From a bacterium (GTDB lineage: Bacteria > UBP4 > UBA4092 > JAOAEQ01): 52,234 nt of DNA. The stretch lies in assembly GCA_041946755.1 (NCBI GenBank), contig JBHGBB010000002.1:1-52234 (forward strand), given 5' to 3'. Position numbers and translations under genes: made by a program. Shown here piece by piece: positions 18,299 through 26,429 of this stretch. Each line of letters opens with the position of its first letter. Within the stretch, counting starts at the first letter, position 1. The notes below the pieces were generated by a model, which saw nothing but the letters and a program-made list of their open reading frames with translations, made no database searches and was not told the DNA's origin.

Positions 18299-19114
18299 CT
18301 ATCGATACGCAACTCCGATGAAATGGGCACTAGCGCCTAAGATTGATGGCTCTTCTTCAATCTTGGTTAAAAACTCCATCAATTTATTCCGCTGTACCGG
18401 GTCGTCCCATATCTCGCGAAAGTGCGCGGTGTTATAGGCGACACCTTCTACCGCTAAGAGACGGGTTTGGTTAAACTCAGCTTCGTTTATTTCAGTTTTG
18501 AGTTCTTCAGGTAGATGGAGATATGCAGAAGTGAAATAATAAGGGTTATCGGTCGGATTCCGATGCTGGCCTGTAGTTAAGTCGCCGGTGATTATCTCCC
18601 GAAATAGAGCGTCTTTAAACGTTCCATGAAACAGGCTATCGAGAAATGAAGCGAATCGAGATATCCCCGCCGCGAAAATAACTCCGCCGGGTTTAAGGAT
18701 TCGATACGCTTCTTTTAACGCTAAAATCCGGTCTGACCGGTCAGTAAGATGGTATAACGGGCCGAGCAGCAGTACCGCATCGGCGATCCCGGAATCAAGA
18801 TTAAGATGGCGCGCGTCACCCAAACTAATCGAGGCTAACTTGATACCGGACTGAACGGCATGAGTTTTCGCCTGCTCGATATGCGGTTCTACCGGATCGA
18901 TGAGATGGACTTGGTATCCCTGGTTCGCTAGATGAAATGCATAAACCCCTGCGGCGCCTCCGATATCATAGATCACCGCCGGTGCGGGAGGTAAATTTCG
19001 CGCGAGAATAGATTGGGTCCGGAGCCGTTCTAACTCGCCTTCTCCGGTAAATAGCCGGTGCTGTTCATCGCTGTTCCGATAATAGGCATCGATTTCTTTG
19101 GATATTATAGTCAT
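18299..19114 (-). CDS. Class I SAM-dependent methyltransferase
   Basis: Motif I VIYDIGGAAGVYAFHLANQG, with HLIDP, LLLGPLYHL and LKPGGVI. Confidence 0.8.
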   Translation of the reverse strand: MTIISKEIDAYYRNSDEQHRLFTGEGELERLRTQSILARNLPPAPAVIYDIGGAAGVYAFHLANQGYQVHLIDPVEPHIEQAKTHAVQSGIKLASISLGDARHLNLDSGIADAVLLLGPLYHLTDRSDRILALKEAYRILKPGGVIFAAGISRFASFLDSLFHGTFKDALFREIITGDLTTGQHRNPTDNPYYFTSAYLHLPEELKTEINEAEFNQTRLLAVEGVAYNTAHFREIWDDPVQRNKLMEFLTKIEEEPSILGASAHFIGVAYR

Positions 19115-19150
19115 ACTTCAGTTCCGTTCTTTTCTTAAGCGATATTTACT

Positions 19151-19660
19151 TCAATTCTTTTTCTTGATTGGTTTTGGGATAATCGATTCATAAATACCTT
19201 TTTTAATGATTACCATCGGATTCGGGTCGATGGTATTTTTCGGAAACGTAGTGAAACTTATTTCAATCTGGTCATAGGTCGCTTCAATCTGTTCCCAATC
19301 TCCATGCATTGAAGTACTGACCGAAAATCGGCCGGTATTCATGAGCACATAATCGACGGTAACATTGATACTTTTCGGTTCGGATTTGATTTTTTCCGCA
19401 ATCAATACCGTAGATGAGATATTATAATTGCTATGCAACTGGATATTAGCTAAACTCATTCCCGAAGTATCGAGTTTCGGGCATTTGGTTTGGATAATCG
19501 ATTCGGCAATAGCGATAAACGGCTGAACATCTAATTTCGCATCGAAACATTTCGATATCCCGGTATACTCACCCCGATATAGTATCTCGTTGGCTTGAAC
19601 CAAAACCCCCAATAAAATAAGGATACTCAACCCAACTAAGATTAATCGCAATAACCGCAT
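19151..19660 (-). CDS. Hypothetical secreted protein
   Basis: It has an N-terminal signal-like helix, MRLLRLILVGLSILILLGVLV. It lies 36 nt upstream of the methyltransferase on the same strand. I recognise no family motif. Confidence 0.5.
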   Translation of the reverse strand: MRLLRLILVGLSILILLGVLVQANEILYRGEYTGISKCFDAKLDVQPFIAIAESIIQTKCPKLDTSGMSLANIQLHSNYNISSTVLIAEKIKSEPKSINVTVDYVLMNTGRFSVSTSMHGDWEQIEATYDQIEISFTTFPKNTIDPNPMVIIKKGIYESIIPKPIKKKN

Positions 19661-19766
19661 AATTGATTCCTCCTAAAATAATATCCTGGGTTAAGATCCA
19701 GGATGATTTTTACCGACGCCACCCCCGTTTTAAAATCGGGGCTATTCAAATTCTTATCTCTGCTCA

Positions 19767-19830
19767 CATATAATAGCCCCTATCTTTAGATAGGGGATTC
19801 TCGTTGTATCCTCAAATCGGGCTTTAGCCC
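19767..19830. repeat. Two hairpins with TTTA loops and unrelated stems
   Basis: They are CCCCTATC-TTTA-GATAGGGG (19767-19786) and GGGC-TTTA-GCCC (19819-19830). Confidence 0.75.
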
Positions 19831-19852
19831 AATATAATCATTATTAGTCAAT

Positions 19853-19882
19853 ATTATGCGCAAGATAAACATGGCTTGTCAA
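19853..19882 (-). promoter_or_regulatory. Sigma70-like promoter sharing the extended ACTTGACAAGC context
   Basis: On the minus strand, TTGACA (19882-19877), an 18-nt spacer and CATAAT (19858-19853). It lies about 190 nt upstream of the ATG at 19660, and the hairpin repeats fall in the predicted leader. Confidence 0.45.
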
Positions 19883-20025
19883 GTGATCATTAATTATTAT
19901 AAAGTTTTACTATCTCTGCTAATGATAAATCTATTTCAGTATATCCAGAATATATTTTGCATATCAGCATAAAATATGGTATGGTATAAGTCATAATTTG
20001 AATTGAATTAAGGAGGGAATAAGGT

Positions 20026-20223
20026 ATGTCCGATTACGATGCCTGTCCTTATTGTGGACGAGAAGCAAAAGAGGCACTATCCAGCAACTGGTTCCCGTTA
20101 TATCGCTGCAATGATTGCGATAAGCTTTTTTGCCATGACTGCGGTGGGTCGAATGAAGTATGCCCGAATTGCGGTAGTGAGGATACCCAAGAGAGTGTCC
20201 ATCGGGTATATTACCAAGAATAA
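20026..20223 (+). CDS. Small cysteine-rich double zinc-ribbon protein (4 x CxxC, 65 aa)
   Basis: A strong SD (AAGGAGGG) sits 7-14 nt upstream of the ATG. The motifs CPYC, CNDC, CHDC and CPNC are arranged as two ribbon pairs. Confidence 0.65.
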   Translation: MSDYDACPYCGREAKEALSSNWFPLYRCNDCDKLFCHDCGGSNEVCPNCGSEDTQESVHRVYYQE

Positions 20224-20237
20224 ACGATTCTATGTTT

Positions 20238-20344
20238 TTCTACCCAACTTTAGTTTAGGGTTTTATAGTTTTAACTATCATAGATTGAAATGATAAAATC
20301 AGATAAACTAAAGTTTATAAACCGTAGACTGAAGTCTCGTAGAA
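20238..20344. repeat. Nested-hairpin intergenic element, GTAGAA-terminated family (copy 2)
   Basis: It starts TTCTACCCAACTTTAGTTTAGGGTT and ends CTGAAGTCTCGTAGAA. Inner hairpins are ATAGTT-TT-AACTAT (20264-20277) and ATAAAC-TAAA-GTTTAT (20303-20318). Confidence 0.8.
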
Positions 20345-20934
20345 TACAACATTATCTCCACCAGATTCCCCAGATGATATTTTTAATAGCCGGCATTGCA
20401 TTCGCAGCATTCGCTTAATTCGCGGTTATCAGTGTCTAAATATGTATGTTTCGAGAGACACTCTGGCAGATTTTCGGTAAGGTATACTTATTATTGGCAA
20501 GATTATTTATCGAATTATATAATTTTCCCTAAAAGTTGGTATGGGAATCAAATTGGCAGACTGACAATCTGATTTATAGGAACCAAAGCTAACCGCAAAG
20601 AGCGCTAAGTAGGCCCAAAGTACGCTAAGAAATTATTTGCGTTAGTTATTTTAGCTGGATATCTCTGCGAATTCAGTGATAGGTATCTTTCAGTGTCTTC
20701 AGTGGTTTATATAATTATTACCCTTAGCAGTCTCTGCGTAGTTCTCTCTATGCGTCCCCCGAAGGGATTCGGGGTAAACTCTGCGGTGAATGCTTTTCTC
20801 TTTCTATTTCTTTGATTGTGCAGTAAAATAATAATATAAATTATTTCATATAGCGATATATTTATCCTCGATTAGCATCGATTCGATATCCATACTCGTA
20901 GCTATTATTCCTCGATAGAATAAGGAACCCAGTC

Positions 20935-20943
20935 TGGTATAAT
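20935..20943 (+). promoter_or_regulatory. Extended -10 element (TGGTATAAT) upstream of the radical SAM pair
   Basis: TG at 20935-20936 and TATAAT at 20938-20943, about 53 nt upstream of the ATG at 20996. I see no convincing -35. Confidence 0.4.
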
Positions 20944-20995
20944 TCAGGATACCGTAAAATATATCCAGTGTTATAAAAAGCTCGAATTCAACCGT

Positions 20996-22150
20996 ATGAA
21001 CGTTCAACTTCATTCCGAACCAAATTTCCGGAACCGGTTTTTCCTCTGTTATTTCGAGACGACGCGCGCCTGTAATCTCGCCTGTCCTTACTGCATGAGT
21101 AAAGGGACTGCGCATCTCGGTGCCGCGGAATTATCTACCCGGGAAGTTAAATCTTTAGTAATCGATCAGCTTAAACAATACTGTTCTCATCCGGCGATGG
21201 CATTTTCCGGCGGTGAATTCCTTTTGCGGCCGGATGCGCTGGATATCCTCTCTTATACCGCGAAACAAGGCATGTGGTCGTTTATTAATACCAATGCTAC
21301 CATGCTGGATAAAACCAAAGTCCGGGAGATTAAACAGGCTACCGATAACAAGGTGATCTATGTTTTCTCTCTGAATTCGATTGAAGCGGATATCCATGCC
21401 TGGTCACGAAATGATAGCCTGAATACGGTAGTTAACGCTGCTAAATTATGTCAGAAAGAGAAAGTGAATTTCTTCTTTATCGTTACCCTCAGTAAGAAAA
21501 ACATCCATACTTTAAAAAAGACTATCGGATTATTGAAAACGCTCGGTATCCCGGTATTACGGTCGCCATTTGTCCCGCGTGGTATGGGTCGGCAATATTC
21601 GGAATTGATTCTCTCTGCCGATGAGATGCGGGATATCGTGCATCCGATATTAAGAGAGTATGCATATAGTTATGTCAGTTATACCCCATTTTTCGCCGGG
21701 CCGGAATTTATCGATGCGAAACAGCATGAGCTTAATGTCGGGCTCGGTCAACTCGGCTGCCAGGCAGCGAAAGGGTTTATCGGGATCAATGCTGAAGGCG
21801 AAGTCGCCCCGTGTGTCCAACTACTGGATAGTGAAGTTAAATGCGGTAATATCCGGGAAACGCCCCTACTCGATATCCTGCACTATAACGAGATACTCAA
21901 CCAACTCCGGTCCCGGGAGAAACTGAAAGGGAAATGTGGCATCTGCCGGTATAAACTATCTTGCGGCGGTTGCCGGGCAGTAGCCTATTACAAAACCGGG
22001 GATTATCTGGCCGCCGACCCGCAATGTTTCTTCGAGCCGGCGAATAGCGCTACCGTCTCCGATTATGAAGAGCTGCAGAATAAGAACACCACGAAATTTA
22101 TCAAGTTTATCACCGCCCACGAACCATGGAGTCTGCTGTTTAAAAAATGA
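20996..22150 (+). CDS. Radical SAM enzyme with C-terminal SPASM domain
   Basis: CNLACPYC (CxxxCxxC) follows FETTRA. There is a GGE motif (FSGGEFLL). The C-terminal Cys pattern is GCQAA...APCVQ...KCGNI...CGICRYKLSCGGCRAVAY...DPQCF, typical of SPASM twin auxiliary clusters. Confidence 0.85.
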   Translation: MNVQLHSEPNFRNRFFLCYFETTRACNLACPYCMSKGTAHLGAAELSTREVKSLVIDQLKQYCSHPAMAFSGGEFLLRPDALDILSYTAKQGMWSFINTNATMLDKTKVREIKQATDNKVIYVFSLNSIEADIHAWSRNDSLNTVVNAAKLCQKEKVNFFFIVTLSKKNIHTLKKTIGLLKTLGIPVLRSPFVPRGMGRQYSELILSADEMRDIVHPILREYAYSYVSYTPFFAGPEFIDAKQHELNVGLGQLGCQAAKGFIGINAEGEVAPCVQLLDSEVKCGNIRETPLLDILHYNEILNQLRSREKLKGKCGICRYKLSCGGCRAVAYYKTGDYLAADPQCFFEPANSATVSDYEELQNKNTTKFIKFITAHEPWSLLFKK

Positions 22151-23421
22151 GAATACTATTAATCAAACCGCGCTGGTTCGAATTCAATGGGGTATATAAA
22201 ATCCTCAATCGGATACGGTTCACTCCGTTACATCTAGGTATCTTGGCAGCATTATCCCCGGGCCATGAAGTCCGGGTAATCGATGCGGATTGGGACCCGA
22301 TACCCTATCAAGACCAATTCGATTTGGTGGGGATAACGGTAACTACCTTCACTTCAACCCAAGCATATACCATCGCAGAACAATTTAAGCAGACCGGGGC
22401 GAAAGTGGTTATGGGCGGTGCCCATGCCAGCCTATTACCGGAAGAATGCCTGCAGTATGCGGATGCGGTGGTTATCGGAGAAGCCGAATATGTTTGGCCG
22501 GAGATCCTAAACGATGTTGCAACCGGTTCTCTAAAAAAAACCTATCAGAGTTCCCGGGTAGTCGATATGAACGATGTCCCATTCCCTAAACGGGAACTAC
22601 TGCATGAACAGGATTGGGTCGCTTGCATTCAGGCGACACGCGGATGCCCGCATACATGCGCATATTGCTATCTTCCGAGTGTACCTTGGGCATCGTATCG
22701 GAAACGGGATATCGAGCTGGTGTATCAGGAGTTATCCCGGATGCGGCAGCAGGTGATATTCTTTGTCGATGATAATATGTTCGCTGATGAAGATTATGCG
22801 ATAGCGTTATTCAACCGCATCGCGCCGTTAAAAAAGCTTATTACTATCCAAGCGCCGACCACGATCGCTAGAAACCCGAAATTAGTCGAAGCGATGGCGA
22901 ACGCCGGATGTTTCTATCTCCAGATGGGGTTCCAGACGGTCAACCCCCGGTCATTAGAATGGGCGTCGATCAACCAGAACAAAGTCAGCGAATATAAAAA
23001 AACTATCTCGCTTTTACATCAATATAAGATGCTGATTACCGGTTTCTTTATGTTTGGATTCGATACCGATACCCCGGAAATATTCAAGCAGACCACCGAT
23101 ATGGTTAAAGAGATGGACCTCGATTATACTCATTTCTATATTTTAACCTTATATCCCGGGACTAAACTCTATACGAAATTCAAACAGGAGAACCGGGTGC
23201 TAGAAGATAAAGAGCGGACTTGTTATGGCTGGACGAAAGTGATGTTCAAACCGGCTTCGATGACCCCGGAACAGTTGGAACTAGGGGTGGCGAAAGCGAA
23301 CGATGAAATCCATTGGCATTATGTTAAGAAACTGCCCCGGAAACTAGTAGCGCATACCGGATTAATGCTCCGGGAACCGAACTTATTACTATCAGTTCTC
23401 GGCGGTGTCCTCAGAAAATAA
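22147..23421 (+). CDS. B12-binding-domain radical SAM protein (class B rSAM, COG1032-like)
   Basis: The N-terminal Rossmann-like B12-binding region is MRILLIKPRW...VRVIDAD...VGITVTT...VVMGGAHAS, followed by ATRGCPHTCAYC (CxxxCxxC). There is a 4-nt ATGA overlap with the upstream rSAM gene. Confidence 0.85.
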   Translation: MRILLIKPRWFEFNGVYKILNRIRFTPLHLGILAALSPGHEVRVIDADWDPIPYQDQFDLVGITVTTFTSTQAYTIAEQFKQTGAKVVMGGAHASLLPEECLQYADAVVIGEAEYVWPEILNDVATGSLKKTYQSSRVVDMNDVPFPKRELLHEQDWVACIQATRGCPHTCAYCYLPSVPWASYRKRDIELVYQELSRMRQQVIFFVDDNMFADEDYAIALFNRIAPLKKLITIQAPTTIARNPKLVEAMANAGCFYLQMGFQTVNPRSLEWASINQNKVSEYKKTISLLHQYKMLITGFFMFGFDTDTPEIFKQTTDMVKEMDLDYTHFYILTLYPGTKLYTKFKQENRVLEDKERTCYGWTKVMFKPASMTPEQLELGVAKANDEIHWHYVKKLPRKLVAHTGLMLREPNLLLSVLGGVLRK

Positions 23422-23498
23422 CGCAATACCAACCTACCCTTTTAATCCAAACCGCGAATTAAACGAATTGATCGAATTTTATGGCTGGTTACTGTGAT

Positions 23499-23730
23499 GT
23501 CATTACGAGCCAAGCGAAGCAATCTATGATTTTCTACCCAACTTTAGTTGAGGGTTAAATAGCTTTAGCTATCATTATAAAAAATAAAATTCTGATATAC
23601 TAAAGTTTACCTCGTTAAAACCATTGTTTTAAACGGGGGTTATTAACCGTCCCGGTGTTCGGGATCTTCGATACGCTAAAGCCTCGTAGAAAAAATGGGA
23701 TTGTTTCGTCGCGGGGCTCCTCGCAATGAC
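23499..23730. repeat. Outer inverted repeat (GTCATTACGAG...CGAAGCAATC / GATTGTTTCG...CTCGCAATGAC) enclosing element 23532-23691
   Basis: The left arm is 23499-23524 and the right arm is 23699-23730. The terminal 10-11 nt of each arm are reverse complements with one mismatch each. Confidence 0.7.
23532..23691. repeat. Nested-hairpin intergenic element, GTAGAA-terminated family (copy 3)
   Basis: It starts TTCTACCCAACTTTAGTTGAGGGTTAA, identical over 21 nt (CCAACTTTAGTTGAGGGTTAA) to copy 1. It ends CTAAAGCCTCGTAGAA. The inner hairpin is ATAGC-TTTA-GCTAT (23569-23582). Confidence 0.8.
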
Positions 23731-23744
23731 AAGCCGGAATTAGT

Positions 23745-23778
23745 TTCTCCAGTTTTTCTCAGTGTCCTCAGTGGTTAA
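23745..23778 (+). repeat. 34-nt dispersed repeat TTCTCCAGTTTTTCTCAGTGTCCTCAGTGGTTAA
   Basis: By my alignment, 31 of 34 positions are identical to the reverse complement of 28081-28114. Confidence 0.85.
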
Positions 23779-23801
23779 TTTAAATATCAGTACCTACTTT
23801 T

Positions 23802-24125
23802 TTAGGTTGGGAGCGAATCGAGGATTTGCTGCATCTTATCCCGATACTGCTGGAACGCTTGTTTCCCTGACTGAGTTAAACTTAATAAGGTTCTGGGTTT
23901 TTTATCCTGGAACTCTTTTTCTACTTTAATATATCCTGCCTGCTCTAATTTGCTGATATGGGAAGATAGGTTACCTTGAGTTAAACCGGTCTGCCGCATC
24001 AGAAAGAGATAATCGCTTTTATCGACGACAGAGAGATACGCCAGAATCAATAACCGGGCCGGTTCATGGATTATCCGGTCGATATCTACTACCGATTGCA
24101 ATGCTTCATTTCCAGGGTCATTCAT
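23802..24125 (-). CDS. Winged-helix transcriptional regulator (HTH_34 / ArsR-like)
   Basis: IHEPARLLILAYL...LTQGNLSSHISKLEQAGYIKVEKEF..KKPRTLLSLTQSGKQAF matches the PF13601-type wHTH pattern as I remember it. It overlaps the upstream membrane-protein gene by 8 nt. Confidence 0.75.
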   Translation of the reverse strand: MNDPGNEALQSVVDIDRIIHEPARLLILAYLSVVDKSDYLFLMRQTGLTQGNLSSHISKLEQAGYIKVEKEFQDKKPRTLLSLTQSGKQAFQQYRDKMQQILDSLPT

Positions 24126-24774
24126 TAACCGATTCTCCTTCCTTAACCGGTCTAGGATATTTATAGATAAACCGAACCAGTTTGATTAACCCATAGAGTA
24201 AGAATACCCCACTCATAATATACCAATAGATAGCGATACCGAGCATACTATTCGGAAATTTGAATAATGATATTATCAGTCCGCTAAGTACTGAGATGAG
24301 TGCTAATAGATAATACATTTTAATCCCGGATTTTTTTACCATATCCTGAAACCAGAATACCAGTAATATCCCGAAAAATGCGGGTGTCCATTGCAAAATA
24401 GCATGAAGAAACCCTGCGGTTCTCCATATCAATAGCGCTATTGCCGCAAGTAACGGGAAGAAGGCTATTGGGAACACCACCGCATACAGAAAACTGGGCG
24501 GGATGATTATCTTCTTCTCGACATATCCTATCCGGGGGTAGGTGAACCGTTCCCGAATGAATTTATAACTGAATATAAATATCGGGATGAAAACGATAAA
24601 AAGGCTTATTTTCGATGAAGGTCGTATCGATAATCCTAAATAGTTATAGAGCATTAAACAAACACTGGCATAAAACGGATAAAATATGCCGAGATATAAT
24701 TCGGTTAATCCATCCTGTTCGATTTCGCGATATACCTTTTGTTCGATATGTTTCACATCCAACCTGGGTGACAT
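24118..24774 (-). CDS. Polytopic membrane protein of unknown family (paralog A; partner of the wHTH regulator)
   Basis: About 6 TM helices. It clearly aligns with 26430..27089 through shared blocks QKVYREI.QDGL.EL, IFIFS.K.IRE.FTYPRIGY, FFG.LLV..FQD and KL.RFIYKYPRP. Confidence 0.6.
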   Translation of the reverse strand: MSPRLDVKHIEQKVYREIEQDGLTELYLGIFYPFYASVCLMLYNYLGLSIRPSSKISLFIVFIPIFIFSYKFIRERFTYPRIGYVEKKIIIPPSFLYAVVFPIAFFPLLAAIALLIWRTAGFLHAILQWTPAFFGILLVFWFQDMVKKSGIKMYYLLALISVLSGLIISLFKFPNSMLGIAIYWYIMSGVFLLYGLIKLVRFIYKYPRPVKEGESVNE

Positions 24775-24815
24775 ATATATGCTCCTCTACAAAAATCTGA
24801 GTGGTTTACGGTTTA

Positions 24816-26345
24816 CTACTGATATAACTGCCAGTTATCAACATTGGTTACCTGCACTGCAAACTGGGTTAATGCTTTTATACAGCAATTGGCATTATAG
24901 GTTTGACCAATATCGTCAGTCCAAGAACTACCGGTTGCGCTGATATAACTTTCTCCCGGATGCGCAGCGGCTTTACTGCTATATCCCGATATTGGGTATT
25001 CGATTGGAATCGGATAATTCAATCCAGGAGTAGTATACTTAATCACTACCGAGAATTTGGTGCCGGGAGATACCGATACCGGGGTATCCAGCGATATAGT
25101 ATGGTATCCGGCAATCGGGATAGTTCCGGATTTCGAACTGGCAAGGGTTCCGCTGCTAGGTCCGGAATTCGCTACGGTATAAACATATAGTTCATAACTA
25201 GTATTGGGAGATAACGCATAGGTGCTTACGGCGATGATGGTATCCGTTGCAACCGCGGTAAATATATTCGCTCCCCAACCGATATTAGTTCCATATCCGG
25301 AATAGTTTACCAAGCCGAATGGATCATATTGATATATTCTACCAAACGTAGTTGTTGGTGAAGCGTATCGGAATTGGATATTAGAGTAAAGGGTCCGGCC
25401 TAGTACTGTATCGTAATATGAGATATAGAAATACCCATTTTCTGCCCAACTGGTTCCCCAGCTGTTTTTAATGATGAACGCGCCCGGTCCCGGTGGCGTG
25501 GTATTAAACCGGCTAGCGGGAAAATTATCGTCCCAACCAACGATGGTTATCAAATGGTTGGTCGAAGTAGCGATATTATAGTAATAAGCATAGGTGGTAG
25601 AATTATAATATGGCCCTGAATAGAAACTACCGAGGTCATGATAGTACGCGCTGCATACCCCGCCATTAAGCATTATGGCGGTTTTAATATTATCATTATC
25701 AGTTGCATTCGCTCTATCAGGTAAGAAATCGATATCAGTCACCTGTTTTTGGATTGGTTTATCCATCGGAGATAAACCATTATTCCAAACATAAGGGTCA
25801 TCAGATTCGAGAATCGGGCCTGACCATCGGGCTAAATAGGCTACCACCATTAAATGGCTACCGCCATCAAGATACCCCCGGTCGAATCCTTCAGAATACA
25901 TTGAATAAGTAGTACTACATAGATTTTTAACATTCTGTTCCGAGAAATCCCAGGTTTCTGCCGGTAATAAATTCGATTCGAATGAACCATAACTCCCATG
26001 TGCCCAACAGCTGCCAGCGCCACCCTGATCCCGGACTGCGGTGACTTTACCGGTACTCCGTAAATCATAATATGAAGGAAGTGTTATCACGTTATTTTGT
26101 GAGTATACTTTCATCCCTTTCATATACGATACATCTACCGGTGCTGGAATTAGTCCGAGCCTATATCCTTCCGGAGTAATGAACGATTGTTGTTTCCCGG
26201 ATTTCAGAGTCTCGAGATATTGAATAAACTCAGGATTGAGCGGACCGAATTTAGCCAACTTTTCTTGTCCGGCATATCCTGCGATAGCCAATATAGCGGT
26301 TATTAACGATATACTGATTAATCCTATTTTAATATTTATCTTCAT
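24816..26345 (-). CDS. Secreted papain-family (C1A) cysteine peptidase with C-terminal beta-rich domain
   Basis: It has a signal/anchor helix. The catalytic Cys block is RDQGGAGSCWAHGS, the His block is NHLITIVGWDD and the Asn/Trp block is IKNSWGTSWAENGYFYISY. Confidence 0.85.
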   Translation of the reverse strand: MKINIKIGLISISLITAILAIAGYAGQEKLAKFGPLNPEFIQYLETLKSGKQQSFITPEGYRLGLIPAPVDVSYMKGMKVYSQNNVITLPSYYDLRSTGKVTAVRDQGGAGSCWAHGSYGSFESNLLPAETWDFSEQNVKNLCSTTYSMYSEGFDRGYLDGGSHLMVVAYLARWSGPILESDDPYVWNNGLSPMDKPIQKQVTDIDFLPDRANATDNDNIKTAIMLNGGVCSAYYHDLGSFYSGPYYNSTTYAYYYNIATSTNHLITIVGWDDNFPASRFNTTPPGPGAFIIKNSWGTSWAENGYFYISYYDTVLGRTLYSNIQFRYASPTTTFGRIYQYDPFGLVNYSGYGTNIGWGANIFTAVATDTIIAVSTYALSPNTSYELYVYTVANSGPSSGTLASSKSGTIPIAGYHTISLDTPVSVSPGTKFSVVIKYTTPGLNYPIPIEYPISGYSSKAAAHPGESYISATGSSWTDDIGQTYNANCCIKALTQFAVQVTNVDNWQLYQ

Positions 26346-26429
26346 AGAATTCTCTCCTAGAGTTAGTTATTCGACCTAATTGCATCAAATTAACCGCTAA
26401 TTTCCCGAAATATTGTATGACAATTATAT

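Noticed and set aside
20039-20293. An 84-aa ORF in an alternative frame over the Cys-rich mini-protein gene.
   Set aside because: The frame at 20026 has the strong SD and the regular 4xCxxC architecture. The alternative frame has neither and runs into the repeat element.
20556-20572. A tRNA-like anticodon stem-loop (GCAGA-CTGACAA-TCTGA, with anticodon-like GAC).
   Set aside because: The flanks show no T-arm (no GTTCGAATC-like sequence), no D-arm and no acceptor pairing. It is an isolated weak 4-bp hairpin inside repeat-rich DNA.
20846-21115. An 89-aa minus-strand ORF overlapping the start of the radical SAM gene.
   Set aside because: It is antisense to the CxxxCxxC-encoding region of a well-supported gene. 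It has no RBS and no motifs.
23481-23558. A 24-codon ORF (MAGYCDVITSQAKQSMIFYPTLVEG) just downstream of the B12-rSAM gene, considered as a possible RiPP precursor.
   Set aside because: It is composed entirely of the outer palindromic repeat arm and the start of the GTAGAA element, and it has no SD. It is most likely a repeat-derived artefact.
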